Source: Candidatus Enterosoma merdigallinarum (GTDB taxonomy: Bacteria > Bacillota_I > Bacilli_A > RFN20 > CAG-288). From it: a stretch of DNA of 64,000 nt. Below the pieces are notes generated by a model. The model was given only the letters and a program-made list of their open reading frames with translations, ran no database searches and was not told the origin of the DNA. The stretch is taken from contig DVNL01000010.1 of assembly GCA_018714385.1 (NCBI GenBank), forward strand, positions 6,664-70,663, given 5' to 3'. The position numbers and the translations under genes are program-made. How positions within the stretch are numbered: position 1 is the first letter of the stretch; each line of letters starts with the position of its first letter. This document shows, one piece after another, positions 45,896 to 55,324 of this stretch.

Positions 45896-48100
45896 CTAAT
45901 GCATCAATCTGTCGACTTGGAAAACGGACTTCACGCCAGTTAGGAGCTGAATGTATTTGTCTAGGCTGTCCCGATTTTCCACCGACATGGTGACGCTGAT
46001 CGTCGTCGTCGATGTTCCGGGATGGTATTTGGCATTGACCTTGAAGAGCTTGGCCTGGTTGTTGTTGAGAACGTTGAGGACGTCCATGAGCAGGCCATCG
46101 CGATCGTGGCATTGGACGGCAAGATCGACAAGGAATTCAGCCTTGGGAACATCCGGATTCCACTTCACGGCGATAAGGCGGGAAGGATCGGCAGCCTTGA
46201 CATTCGGGCATTCCTTCCGATGGACCTTGACGCCTTGCCCGGTCGAGACGAAGCCGATGATCTCATCCCCAGGAATGGGCAGGCAGCAGTTGGCAAGATT
46301 CGTCATGACCGTATCGCCATTGGCCAGAAGGACGGAATCCGTGACGTTCTTCTTCGCCTTCTTGCGGTTGATTTCCTCCGTCAGTTGCTCGCTGGTCTTC
46401 TTGGCGGAATATGTCACGTTCTCGCTCAATTCGATGACTTGAGAGGGGGCGACAGTCTTTGAGGCGAGAAGGATGTAGAGATCGTCCACTCCGGGGCATT
46501 TGAGTCCGTCGAGGACTTTCTTCGTGACGACCTTGGACGGGTCGATGAGAAGCTTTCTTTCCCGAAGTCCGTCGATGAGTGCCTGGCGGCCCTTCTTGAT
46601 GGCGTCTTCGCGGATGTAATCGGCATTTTGCCGAACGAGATATTTCCGGATTTTGTTCTTGGCGAAATTCGTCTTGGCGATATTGAGCCATTCGGAATTG
46701 GGTGAGGCGTTCTTGCCGGTGATCACCTCAACGATATCCCCGGTCTTCAACGGCGTGGAGATAGGAACGAGGATATTGTTCACCTTTGCCCCGACCAGAT
46801 GCTCCCCGATGTCCGAATGAATCCGGTAGGCAAAATCGATGGGAGTCGCCCCATTTGGCAGGCAGATGACATTCCCCTTGGGCGTGAAGATATAGACATT
46901 GGCATCAAAGATGTCGTGGCTCAGCGTCTCGACATAGTCCTTGGCCGTCTGTCCCTTTTCGTCTTCGTCGGTCATCGAGACGAAATCCTTGAACCAATGT
47001 AACTGGTTCTCGATTTCGACCTGTTCTTTCTTCGGGTCGTAGGGCGAACCTTCCTTGTAACGCCAGTGGGCTGCGACGCCGCCTTCCGCCGTTTCATCCA
47101 TCTTCTCCGTACGAATTTGGATTTCGAAAAAATGGCCCGTGTCGGTCACGACCGTGGTATGGAGGGATTGGTACATATTCGGTTTCGGCATCGCGATATA
47201 ATCTTTGAAACGTCCAGGAACAGGTTTGAAGTTGGCATGGACATAACCAAGGATTTCATAGCAGTTTTGCTCAGTCTCGGTGATGACCCTCAAAGCCATA
47301 ATGTCATAAATTTGGTCGAAGGTGTAATGTTTGATGTACATTTTTTTGTAGATCGAGTAGATGGATTTGACACGATCCAAGATTTTGAAGGGTATGTGTG
47401 TCGGAGCCAAAATCCTCTCGAGCTCGCGCTTCAATTTGTCCAAACCGCTTCTGGCGTCCTGATAGACCGTTTCCACTTTTTGCTCGATGCTTCGGTATTT
47501 TTCCGGCTCGCTGTAGAAGAGAGACAGTTCCTCGAGTTCCGTCTGTATTTTGTATAGACCGAGCCTATGGGCGATCGGGGCATAGACCTCCAAAGTCTCC
47601 TTCGAAATGCGCCTCTGTTTTTCTTCCGGTTGAAACTGGAGTGTCCGCATATTATGGAGCCTATCGGCAAGCTTGACGATGATGGCGCGAACGTCCTTGG
47701 CCATGGCAACGAAAATCTTCCGATGGTTTTCGGCAGTGAATTCCACGTTCTTGTAATCGGAAAGACGAGTGACCTTGGTCAATGCCTCGACAAGGTTCCC
47801 GATTTCCTTTCCGAATTCCTGCTCGATTTCTTCGCGGCTTGTCCCGGTGTCCTCTATCGTATCGTGAAGAAGGCCGGCGCAAATCGTCTGTGGACCGACT
47901 TGGAGCTCAGCCAAAATATCGGCCACGCCAAGGCAATGGCTAATGTAGGGGTCGCCGGATTTGCGGAATTGCCCTTCGTGCTTCTTTTCGGCGAATCGGT
48001 AGGCTCTCTCGATCAGTGCCAGATCCTTTGGATCCTTGATATAAGTGGAATAGTCGTTTTGCAGCTTCTCGAAGGTGACGATTTCGTTCTGAAATTTCAT
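45896..48100 (-). CDS. rel: Bifunctional (p)ppGpp synthetase/hydrolase (RelA/SpoT homolog, Rel)
   Basis: ORF 45896..48100. It has an HD domain (...LHDTIEDT...), a synthetase domain (...YKSLHTTV-like QSLHTTVV...), and TGS and ACT-like C-terminal regions. Confidence 0.95.
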   Translation of the reverse strand: MKFQNEIVTFEKLQNDYSTYIKDPKDLALIERAYRFAEKKHEGQFRKSGDPYISHCLGVADILAELQVGPQTICAGLLHDTIEDTGTSREEIEQEFGKEIGNLVEALTKVTRLSDYKNVEFTAENHRKIFVAMAKDVRAIIVKLADRLHNMRTLQFQPEEKQRRISKETLEVYAPIAHRLGLYKIQTELEELSLFYSEPEKYRSIEQKVETVYQDARSGLDKLKRELERILAPTHIPFKILDRVKSIYSIYKKMYIKHYTFDQIYDIMALRVITETEQNCYEILGYVHANFKPVPGRFKDYIAMPKPNMYQSLHTTVVTDTGHFFEIQIRTEKMDETAEGGVAAHWRYKEGSPYDPKKEQVEIENQLHWFKDFVSMTDEDEKGQTAKDYVETLSHDIFDANVYIFTPKGNVICLPNGATPIDFAYRIHSDIGEHLVGAKVNNILVPISTPLKTGDIVEVITGKNASPNSEWLNIAKTNFAKNKIRKYLVRQNADYIREDAIKKGRQALIDGLRERKLLIDPSKVVTKKVLDGLKCPGVDDLYILLASKTVAPSQVIELSENVTYSAKKTSEQLTEEINRKKAKKNVTDSVLLANGDTVMTNLANCCLPIPGDEIIGFVSTGQGVKVHRKECPNVKAADPSRLIAVKWNPDVPKAEFLVDLAVQCHDRDGLLMDVLNVLNNNQAKLFKVNAKYHPGTSTTTISVTMSVENRDSLDKYIQLLTGVKSVFQVDRLMH

Positions 48101-48103
48101 CGT

Positions 48104-48613
48104 TTAAAGATCGAGCAGGGAGGCACAGGGGACATGGATGTGGCTATCGCCATCCAGTTCCTTAAGCCGGATGACAGCCAAAGCGGCGACGGGCTCGCCA
48201 CCGGCCATGCCGACGAGTTCTTCAAGGGCCGCAAAGGTGCCGCCCGTGGCCATGAGATCATCGATGAGTAGCACCCTCTGTCCCTTTTTGAAGGAATCCT
48301 TTGGGATTGCCAGTGAGGCTGTTCCATACTCCAGCTGATAGCTGATCTGGTAGACCACCCCAGGGAGCTTTCCGGCCTTCCGAGCCATGACAAATCCGAT
48401 TCCCAGGCGATAGGCCAACGCCGCACCAAAGATGAAGGCACGGGATTCCGGCCCGCAGATGATGTCCGGTTTGTAGGTCTCTGCAATCTTGGCAAGATCG
48501 TCGATGCAGGCACGGAAGGCCAAACCGTCGCGCAAGAGCGGGGAGATATCCTTGAACGAAATCCCCTTCTTCGGGAAGTCCTCGGTCACGCCGATATATT
48601 TTTCGTAATCCAT
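48104..48613 (-). CDS. apt: Adenine phosphoribosyltransferase
   Basis: ORF 48104..48613 carries ...FPKKGISFKDISPLL... and the PRPP motif VLLIDDLMATGGT. Confidence 0.93.
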   Translation of the reverse strand: MDYEKYIGVTEDFPKKGISFKDISPLLRDGLAFRACIDDLAKIAETYKPDIICGPESRAFIFGAALAYRLGIGFVMARKAGKLPGVVYQISYQLEYGTASLAIPKDSFKKGQRVLLIDDLMATGGTFAALEELVGMAGGEPVAALAVIRLKELDGDSHIHVPCASLLDL

Positions 48614-48680
48614 ATCGCTGCCTCCTGACGAGAAAAGTATACCATTTCAACGCTCTCTTGGGACGGAACAAATCATAAGA

Positions 48681-48689
48681 TGATAAAAT
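48681..48689 (+). promoter_or_regulatory. Extended -10 element TGATAAAAT directly abutting the ispH start region
   Basis: Read directly. No SD lies between it and the ATGs at 48690/48696. Confidence 0.4.
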
Positions 48690-49553
48690 ATGAGTATGAT
48701 TGAATTGATCGGTGATCTCGGTTTCTGCTACGGCGTGAACCACGCTATTGAAACATTGAGCAAGGCCGCCGAAGAAAATCATTCGGTCTTTCTGACACAT
48801 CCCCTTCTCCACAACAAGAAAGAAAACGAGTCTTTGCTTCGGAAAAACCATGCTTCGGTTCTCTCCCCGGAAACGGACACGGCAAATGGCGCCGTCGTCT
48901 TTTCCGCCCATGGTCATGCGCCGGATGAGGAAAAAGAATACCCTCATGCCCGCCTTTATGATGCGACATGTCCTCTCATTCTCCGTCGCTATGAGGCCAT
49001 ATCCAAAGCGGGAGACCTTGCCATCGTCTTTCTCGGAAAAAGGGGGCACCAGGAAACCGTGGCCTTCATGGGACGGTTTCCGGATTTCCTGTTCGTCGAT
49101 TGCCGTGGCGATATCGAAAAGCAGCTTGACGCAATGAAGCTCGAGGGGAAAAGGACCGGGCTTGTCCCTCAGACGACTGTCGGAAAATCGGTCTATGACC
49201 GATGCCTGGTTTATTTAAAAACCAAGACAGACCTCCGTTTTGCTCTCCCCATCTGTCCAATCTATGAAAAGCGTCACAATGATGTCCTTACGTATTTTGC
49301 CGGGAAGAATCCTTCGCAGTATTATCTCGTCGTTTGCGGCGATCTTTCCTCGTCCAATGCCAACGAGCTCCTCACTTCCGCATTGGTCTCATATCCAGGC
49401 CTTGCCGGAACAATCGCCATGGAGGCTTCTGATATCAATCTTGCCGATGTCGCCCCTCGTCAAATCGTCCTTTGTTCCTCGACTAGCGCAAGCCGAGAAA
49501 GCGTCCTTCGCCTGAAGGCGGAACTCGAGAAAAAAACAGAAAAAGATCAATAG
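48690..49553 (+). CDS. ispH: 4-hydroxy-3-methylbut-2-enyl diphosphate reductase
   Basis: ORF 48690..49553 carries ...LGFCYGVNHAI..., ...SAHGH..., ...DATCPL.... The true start may be the second ATG at 48696. Confidence 0.9.
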   Translation: MSMIELIGDLGFCYGVNHAIETLSKAAEENHSVFLTHPLLHNKKENESLLRKNHASVLSPETDTANGAVVFSAHGHAPDEEKEYPHARLYDATCPLILRRYEAISKAGDLAIVFLGKRGHQETVAFMGRFPDFLFVDCRGDIEKQLDAMKLEGKRTGLVPQTTVGKSVYDRCLVYLKTKTDLRFALPICPIYEKRHNDVLTYFAGKNPSQYYLVVCGDLSSSNANELLTSALVSYPGLAGTIAMEASDINLADVAPRQIVLCSSTSASRESVLRLKAELEKKTEKDQ

Positions 49554-50365
49554 GCCTCAAGCTTCTCTTTCAGAGTCTTGATCGCCTTGGCCTCCCTTTG
49601 CCGTATCGCCTCAGGGGAAACGCCGTATTTCTTTCCAAGCTCGGACAAAGTCAACGGATTGTCGCAATGACGGGAGAGGAGTATGTCGCGATCCTTTTCG
49701 TCAAGCGTCGAAAAAGCCTTGAGCAAGGCATCGTAACGATCGTTGTCCATCGAAAAGGCATGGGGATCCGCATCGGGATCGGCAATCGTAAGCGGCTTGC
49801 CCTCTTCCCCTTCGCCATCCATATCTAGCGAAAGAATTTTGTTGGAATAGAGTCTAAACCGTGCCAAGTCATCGGTCGTGGTGCCATCTTTGAGCGTGGC
49901 AATGATTTCGTGATCGGTCGGATCCCGTCCCAATTCATGCGTGAGTGCTTCCCGAACCTTTTCGATCTTCCTCATCCTTGACGATAACGCTGTCGGAATC
50001 CGAATCGTCTTTCCATACTTTCCTAAATATTGAAAAATGGCATTTTTGATATATGTTGTTGCCAAAGTCGAGAAGGTCGTGTTTCTGGCCGGATCAAAAT
50101 CATCGACGGCTTTGATCAGGGCAAGACTTCCTTCTTGAAAGAGATCTTGAATAGGGCAATGCCAATCCCTAGCACACTCCGACGCATACTTCAGGACGAG
50201 ACGGAGGTTGTCCTCGACGATTTCGTTTCTCAAATCGATAGTGGGATTTTTCCGGTATTCGACAAGTTTTGCTTTCGTTTCATCCGAGGATGGGGAAGGT
50301 CTCGACGCCAAGAAATCACGGAGCGGTCCTGTCCTCTCATAATCTTTTTTTCCTTTTCTAGGCAT
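49547..50365 (-). CDS. Sigma-70 family alternative sigma factor (regions 2, 3 and 4 present)
   Basis: From ORF 49547..50407, with the start at ATG 50365. It carries ...DLFQEGSLALIKAVDDFDP...TFSTLATTYIKNAI...IRIP... and a C-terminal HTH ...LTLSELGKKYGVSPEAIRQRE... Confidence 0.8.
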   Translation of the reverse strand: MPRKGKKDYERTGPLRDFLASRPSPSSDETKAKLVEYRKNPTIDLRNEIVEDNLRLVLKYASECARDWHCPIQDLFQEGSLALIKAVDDFDPARNTTFSTLATTYIKNAIFQYLGKYGKTIRIPTALSSRMRKIEKVREALTHELGRDPTDHEIIATLKDGTTTDDLARFRLYSNKILSLDMDGEGEEGKPLTIADPDADPHAFSMDNDRYDALLKAFSTLDEKDRDILLSRHCDNPLTLSELGKKYGVSPEAIRQREAKAIKTLKEKLEAY

Positions 50366-51134
50366 TTCGATAAATCTCCAGATATTTTTCGAACGGAAAC
50401 ACCTCAATGGAGAGGGTGGGGTCGATTTCCAAAAGGCACCTTTTCATTCCGACGAAAAAGCCAAGCTCTTCACATTCGTGGGGCAGTTCAATATAGCCGA
50501 GTCCGTAGCGCTCCATGTCGAGTCGAGCATGATGGGAGGCATCCCCAGAAATATAGACATCAACCTCTTCTTGCAGAGCCCAAGAGAAATCATTGCCGGC
50601 TCCGCCGGCGACAAGGCCGACTTTTCGTACTTTTTCGACTCCGTTCTTCTTTGCCAGTACGAAAGGCAAGGAAAGCTTTTCGCCGACCAGAGAGCACAAA
50701 GAGGAAAAATCTTCCACAGGCGAGGGAAAAAGCCTGAGGTATCCATCCTTGCCGATTCCGCTTCTGTGAAGGCCGAGAAGCGTCACGATCGAATCGTTCA
50801 TCCCTCCTTCCCCCTTGTCGAAGCAGGTGTGATAGGAATAAACGATGACATTCTCCTTTTCAAGATCGTCGGCAAGCTTGGCTTTCATAGGGTCCTGCCG
50901 GCGTATCGCGCTGGGCCTTCCGAAGAAAAAGGGATGGTGGGTCAAAACGAGATCCGGCTTTCTTTCCCGAATCGTCATAAGTGCGGCTTCGGTCAAATCG
51001 AGCGCGAGAAAAACAGAAGAAATGTCGCGATTGTAATCTCTCGGCCCCAGCTGATACCCAGGATGATCCCATTTCTCGCTGCTGGAAAGAGGGAAGCGCC
51101 GTCCCAAAAGTCTGAGAAGTCTCTTCAATTCCAT
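50358..51134 (-). CDS. Nif3-like dinuclear metal centre protein (YqfO family)
   Basis: From ORF 50358..51275, with the start at ATG 51134 behind AAAGGAGG. It carries ...WDHPGYQLG..., ...LTHHPFFF..., ...YSYHTCFD..., ...ISGDASHH... Confidence 0.85.
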   Translation of the reverse strand: MELKRLLRLLGRRFPLSSSEKWDHPGYQLGPRDYNRDISSVFLALDLTEAALMTIRERKPDLVLTHHPFFFGRPSAIRRQDPMKAKLADDLEKENVIVYSYHTCFDKGEGGMNDSIVTLLGLHRSGIGKDGYLRLFPSPVEDFSSLCSLVGEKLSLPFVLAKKNGVEKVRKVGLVAGGAGNDFSWALQEEVDVYISGDASHHARLDMERYGLGYIELPHECEELGFFVGMKRCLLEIDPTLSIEVFPFEKYLEIYRNA

Positions 51135-51775
51135 GACGCAATCCTCCTTTCCAGGTCCATCTTTTCGCATAGATTCTTCTTCGTCGGAGGGAGGGTGTTC
51201 AAAAGAGAAAGTCTTTGTCGAAGCATGTCTAGCAAAAGCGGATCTTTTTGGGCAAGGGGCCATGCCCCATAGCACCTCTCCCCCTCATCCAGCAGAATGG
51301 GATAGTCCCCCATCTTATGAAACAATAAGACGGGATAATATCGGGTTTCGCGTATGTATTTCCCAGCGATGTTCTGGTATCCGTTTTCACTCAGGAAGTC
51401 GATCGTCTCCTCGACGCAGGATTGCGGGGAAACAATCAAGTCCTTTACGTTGGCGAGATTCTTTTTTCCGCGTTCGAGAATTCCGCGAATGGTCCTGCCA
51501 CCCATCCCGAGAATGGTGAGGCAATCCACCTCCTCCGGCAAGAAAGAGATGCCATCCTGCAAAAACGCTTTTACTTTCGATTGGTTTGCTTTCAAATTCT
51601 TTACAAGGCCATCGTAAGGCCCCATTTTATTCTCACATCCGTAGGCTTTGTTTCCTTTGGCCTCCAGAGCCAAAAGAAAATCGCCTCGGTCCGACCCGAC
51701 ATCAAAGACGACAGCCCCGTCCGGAACCAAGGAAAGGGCCGTTTCAAGACGTTCCGAAAGCCTCGGAAAGGTCAT
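51125..51775 (-). CDS. trmK: tRNA (adenine22-N1)-methyltransferase TrmK
   Basis: ORF 51125..51775 carries ...[15 protein letters not shown]... and ...ILGMGGRTI.... It shows synteny with rpoD and nif3. Confidence 0.8.
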   Translation of the reverse strand: MTFPRLSERLETALSLVPDGAVVFDVGSDRGDFLLALEAKGNKAYGCENKMGPYDGLVKNLKANQSKVKAFLQDGISFLPEEVDCLTILGMGGRTIRGILERGKKNLANVKDLIVSPQSCVEETIDFLSENGYQNIAGKYIRETRYYPVLLFHKMGDYPILLDEGERCYGAWPLAQKDPLLLDMLRQRLSLLNTLPPTKKNLCEKMDLERRIASWN

Positions 51776-53250
51776 TCGTTCCGGAAATCCTTCAAGAGCT
51801 TGGCACGAGAAGGATGACGCAGCTTTTTGAGTGCCTTGGCCTCAATCTGCCGGATCCTTTCCCTGGTGACGTTGAATTCCTTTCCGACTTCCTCGAGGGT
51901 ATGGGTCCTTCCGTCTTCCAGTCCGTACCGCAATCGAATGACCCGGGCTTCCCTTTCCGTCAGCTGGGAAAGGACTTCGTTGATCCTCTCGGTCTCCATG
52001 GAACGATTGGCGTAGTCATAGGGGGATTCGTTATCCTTGTCGACGACGAAATCGCCGATATGAGAATCGTCCTCTTCGCCGACCGGCTTTTCCAGAGAAA
52101 GAGGATCCAAGGCGATTTGCTGAATCTCACGGATTCTTTCCGCGGACCAGACGCCACCGAGCTCCTCACTGATTTCCTCCGCTGTCGGATCCCGATTCAG
52201 CTTTTGGACGAGCTTCCTCTGTGCTCTGGCGATCTTATTGATGGTCTCCACCATGTGGACAGGGATACGGATCGTTCTGGCCTGATCGGCCAAGGCGCGG
52301 GTGATGGCCTGCCGGATCCACCAAGTCGCATATGTCGAGAACTTGAAGCCCCGAGTGTAGTCGAACTTGTCGACGGCTTTCATCAAGCCGAGATTGCCTT
52401 CTTGAATGAGGTCGAGGAAGTCCATTCCGCGATTAACATAATGCTTGGCGATGGAGACGACAAGCTTGAGGTTGCACTGGATAAGCTCATCCTTGGCATC
52501 CTGGTCGCCTTCAAGGACCCTTTTGGCAAGGAAGACTTCCTCTTCCTTGCTCTTGAGAACCTGGTAAGCGCCGATGGCATGGAGGTATTGGCGGACAGGG
52601 TCGGAATTCTTGATATCGCTTGCAGCCGTATAGTCGACCATTTCTTCCTCTTCGGCCTCTTCCTCGAAATCCTCCTCTTCTTCAATGTCCTCTTCGACAG
52701 GTGGGACATCGTCCAGATCAACGATGCTCTCATCGAGGTCGAGAACCTCCCGCTCGCCAAGAAAAGTCACCAATTCGGAAAAATCGTCATCCGTCAGGGA
52801 CAGATGCTCTGTCAGTTTGTCGAGCTCGTCCTGCGTGATCTTCTTTCCGGACTTGGCATTTTCCGCCAGGAGTCTTTCTTTTATTTCGTCAAGTCCCTCA
52901 AGTTCCAAGCCTTCGCTGACGAGTTCCTCGACAGTTCGCGGTGCCTTGGCCGCTTTGGAAGACTTCTTTTCCTTTGGGGGAAGTGGCGTGTCTTGTTTCG
53001 CCGCCTTGTCTGCTTCCTTGACCGGTTTTGCTTTCCGGGCCGGCTTTTTCGTCTCGCTTACTTTTGCGTTCTTCTCAGTCTTTGAATTGGCCTTCTTGAC
53101 CGTCTTCTGGCTTTCTTTTTGTGCAACCGCACGAGAAGAAAGCTTGGCAATATCTTTTGCGGACAGGCCTTTCATTTCGGACTTGATCGGCTTTTCCGAG
53201 GAAGGCTTCGCCTTCTTGGCGACCGCTTTGGTTGTCTTTTCTTTTGCCAT
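51772..53250 (-). CDS. rpoD: Primary RNA polymerase sigma factor RpoD/SigA with a ~105-aa Lys-rich N-terminal extension
   Basis: ORF 51772..53250. The C-terminal ~370 aa is colinear with SigA (...[36 protein letters not shown]... [20 protein letters not shown]...). Confidence 0.95.
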   Translation of the reverse strand: MAKEKTTKAVAKKAKPSSEKPIKSEMKGLSAKDIAKLSSRAVAQKESQKTVKKANSKTEKNAKVSETKKPARKAKPVKEADKAAKQDTPLPPKEKKSSKAAKAPRTVEELVSEGLELEGLDEIKERLLAENAKSGKKITQDELDKLTEHLSLTDDDFSELVTFLGEREVLDLDESIVDLDDVPPVEEDIEEEEDFEEEAEEEEMVDYTAASDIKNSDPVRQYLHAIGAYQVLKSKEEEVFLAKRVLEGDQDAKDELIQCNLKLVVSIAKHYVNRGMDFLDLIQEGNLGLMKAVDKFDYTRGFKFSTYATWWIRQAITRALADQARTIRIPVHMVETINKIARAQRKLVQKLNRDPTAEEISEELGGVWSAERIREIQQIALDPLSLEKPVGEEDDSHIGDFVVDKDNESPYDYANRSMETERINEVLSQLTEREARVIRLRYGLEDGRTHTLEEVGKEFNVTRERIRQIEAKALKKLRHPSRAKLLKDFRNE

Positions 53251-53317
53251 AGTAAAATAACCTCACTAGTAAATTATTGTTTTGTTTTCCTGAAATTTCA
53301 AGCAAGGCTAACGAAAA

Positions 53318-55324
53318 TCAAATCAGTTGCTTCGCCTTCTTGACTTCGTGCTCCAAATGCCGACGGGTTTCCTGCTCCTCAGGCGTTTCCTCCTCGCTGG
53401 AGCTATGTCGCATCGCCGAGGCTTCCTTGAACCGGGAAAGGGCAAGCAAGCATTTTTCGAGAACTAGGCTTCCCGCGAACTTTCGTGGATCATACCATGT
53501 CGTCGTCTTGAGGTTCATCAGAATCTCGACGAATTGAGCAAGGAAAGCTTTCTTTTCATCCGACAAATCGATTCTGTCCGTGTCAAGGCCGTCTAAGTCG
53601 AAAGGATCATCAGAATCCACACCCACTTCTGAAGCATCTTCTCTTAGAGCCTTCAAAAGCGAATCATATTCAACATTGGAAAAAGATTTAAGAGAAGGAT
53701 TTTCAAGATAGACATTCCCGACAAGGTCAGCAAAAACATTGAACTGCTCCTGATCGAAGACCACTCGACTCCTTCTAAAGGTTTCATAGGCATCGCGACT
53801 TTGCGGAAGGACAATGCAAATGGAATACTCTTGACGATACAATTCCGGTTCGCGATACCCTTCTCCCATCATTTCCCGAAGGTAGCCGAACAGTTTCTCA
53901 AGGGCATCGGGTCCAGTATATTTTCCGGCAAGTGAAAAGGAAAAACGTTTTTTCGTGTCCGGGATTCGCGGTTGGCCCTTCGACTTTTTCGCGAAGGATA
54001 CCTCTTTTTTGTCCGCACTCGTCCGCGCATAAATCCTTTCCAAGCTTTCGGCATCGACGCCGATCCGCTTGGCGATCGTCTGGATGTCTTTGGCACGAAC
54101 GATTTCGCTTTCCTTGAGAATATAGGGCCGCGAATTTTCGATGAAAAGTTCGATTTCCTTTCCGTCCAGAAGGGATTTTCTTCCCTTCAATGCGCGTCCC
54201 AACAGGAAAAGGGCAGGAGAATAGAGTCGGGATACCTGCCGGACAAGTTCCTCAGGTCCGGATGAAGTAAGAAGTTCATCGGCGTCTTTTGCACCCGTAA
54301 GCTTCCAGCAGACACGAGTCGGAATACCGGCCTTGAGGAGGAGCGGCAGGGCCCTTTCCTCGCCCAATTGGCCGGCTTCGTCGGAATCGAGGAGAAGCCG
54401 ACACTCGACCCCAAGCCCCTTCAATGCCGCAAGATGGTTTTCCGTCAGTGCCGTCCCCATGAGGCCGGCGGAAGAGAGCAATCCCGCACGTTGCATTGCG
54501 ATGACATCCATGAATCCTTCCAAAAGATAGATATATCCGTCGCGTCGGGCGGATTCTCTTGCCTTGTCGAAATGGTAGAGGACGTCACCTTTGCGAAAGA
54601 GGGCCGTCTCGGGATAGTTGATGTATTTACCACCTTCCTGTTTGTCATCGATTTTTCTTCCGGAAAAGCCGACGATATGGCCTTCATTGTCCGACAGTGG
54701 GAACATGATGCGTCCGGAATAGCGGTCTTTGAGTTCGGCGCTGTTCGAAAGGATTCCCGCTCTCTCCAGAGTCGGAACATCGAATCCGACGCGACGGAGC
54801 GATGCGATGGCGATGGTAGGGTCATAAGGGGAATAGCCGATCCGGAAATGGTCGATCGTTTCCCGGGAAATGCTGCGGGAAGAGAGATACTCCCTCCCCT
54901 TGAAACCGTCAGTGGACTGGAGATAGAGACTATAGAAACGGGAGAGCTCTCCGAGCGCTTCCAATTCCTTCGGGAATTTTTCTTTGAGAGGATCTCTCTT
55001 CTCATGGACATCCGAAAGATGGGACGGAACGGGAATGCCGCAGATTTCGCAGACTTTTTTCAGTGCCTCGACAGAGGAAAGATGAGCATACTCCTGTACG
55101 AATTTAATCGTGTCACCGCCTGCGTTGCAGGAAAAGCAGTGATAGAAGTTCTTCTCGGGATCAATCTGCATGGAGGGATGGGAATCCGGATGAAAAGGAC
55201 AGATGGCCTTGAACCGCCTTCCTGCCTTGACGATCGCATCGCTGCCGAGATAATAGGCGATGACCTTGACGATGTCGCTCTTGCCGACGATCTCGCGAAA
55301 AACGTTGGACGTATTGTCCATCAC
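53318..55324 (-). CDS. dnaG: DNA primase
   Basis: ORF 53318..55324. It has a zinc finger CPFHPDSHPSMQID...YHCFSCNAGGD and a TOPRIM region (...YLLEGFMDVIA...). Confidence 0.93.
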   Translation of the reverse strand: MMDNTSNVFREIVGKSDIVKVIAYYLGSDAIVKAGRRFKAICPFHPDSHPSMQIDPEKNFYHCFSCNAGGDTIKFVQEYAHLSSVEALKKVCEICGIPVPSHLSDVHEKRDPLKEKFPKELEALGELSRFYSLYLQSTDGFKGREYLSSRSISRETIDHFRIGYSPYDPTIAIASLRRVGFDVPTLERAGILSNSAELKDRYSGRIMFPLSDNEGHIVGFSGRKIDDKQEGGKYINYPETALFRKGDVLYHFDKARESARRDGYIYLLEGFMDVIAMQRAGLLSSAGLMGTALTENHLAALKGLGVECRLLLDSDEAGQLGEERALPLLLKAGIPTRVCWKLTGAKDADELLTSSGPEELVRQVSRLYSPALFLLGRALKGRKSLLDGKEIELFIENSRPYILKESEIVRAKDIQTIAKRIGVDAESLERIYARTSADKKEVSFAKKSKGQPRIPDTKKRFSFSLAGKYTGPDALEKLFGYLREMMGEGYREPELYRQEYSICIVLPQSRDAYETFRRSRVVFDQEQFNVFADLVGNVYLENPSLKSFSNVEYDSLLKALREDASEVGVDSDDPFDLDGLDTDRIDLSDEKKAFLAQFVEILMNLKTTTWYDPRKFAGSLVLEKCLLALSRFKEASAMRHSSSEEETPEEQETRRHLEHEVKKAKQLI

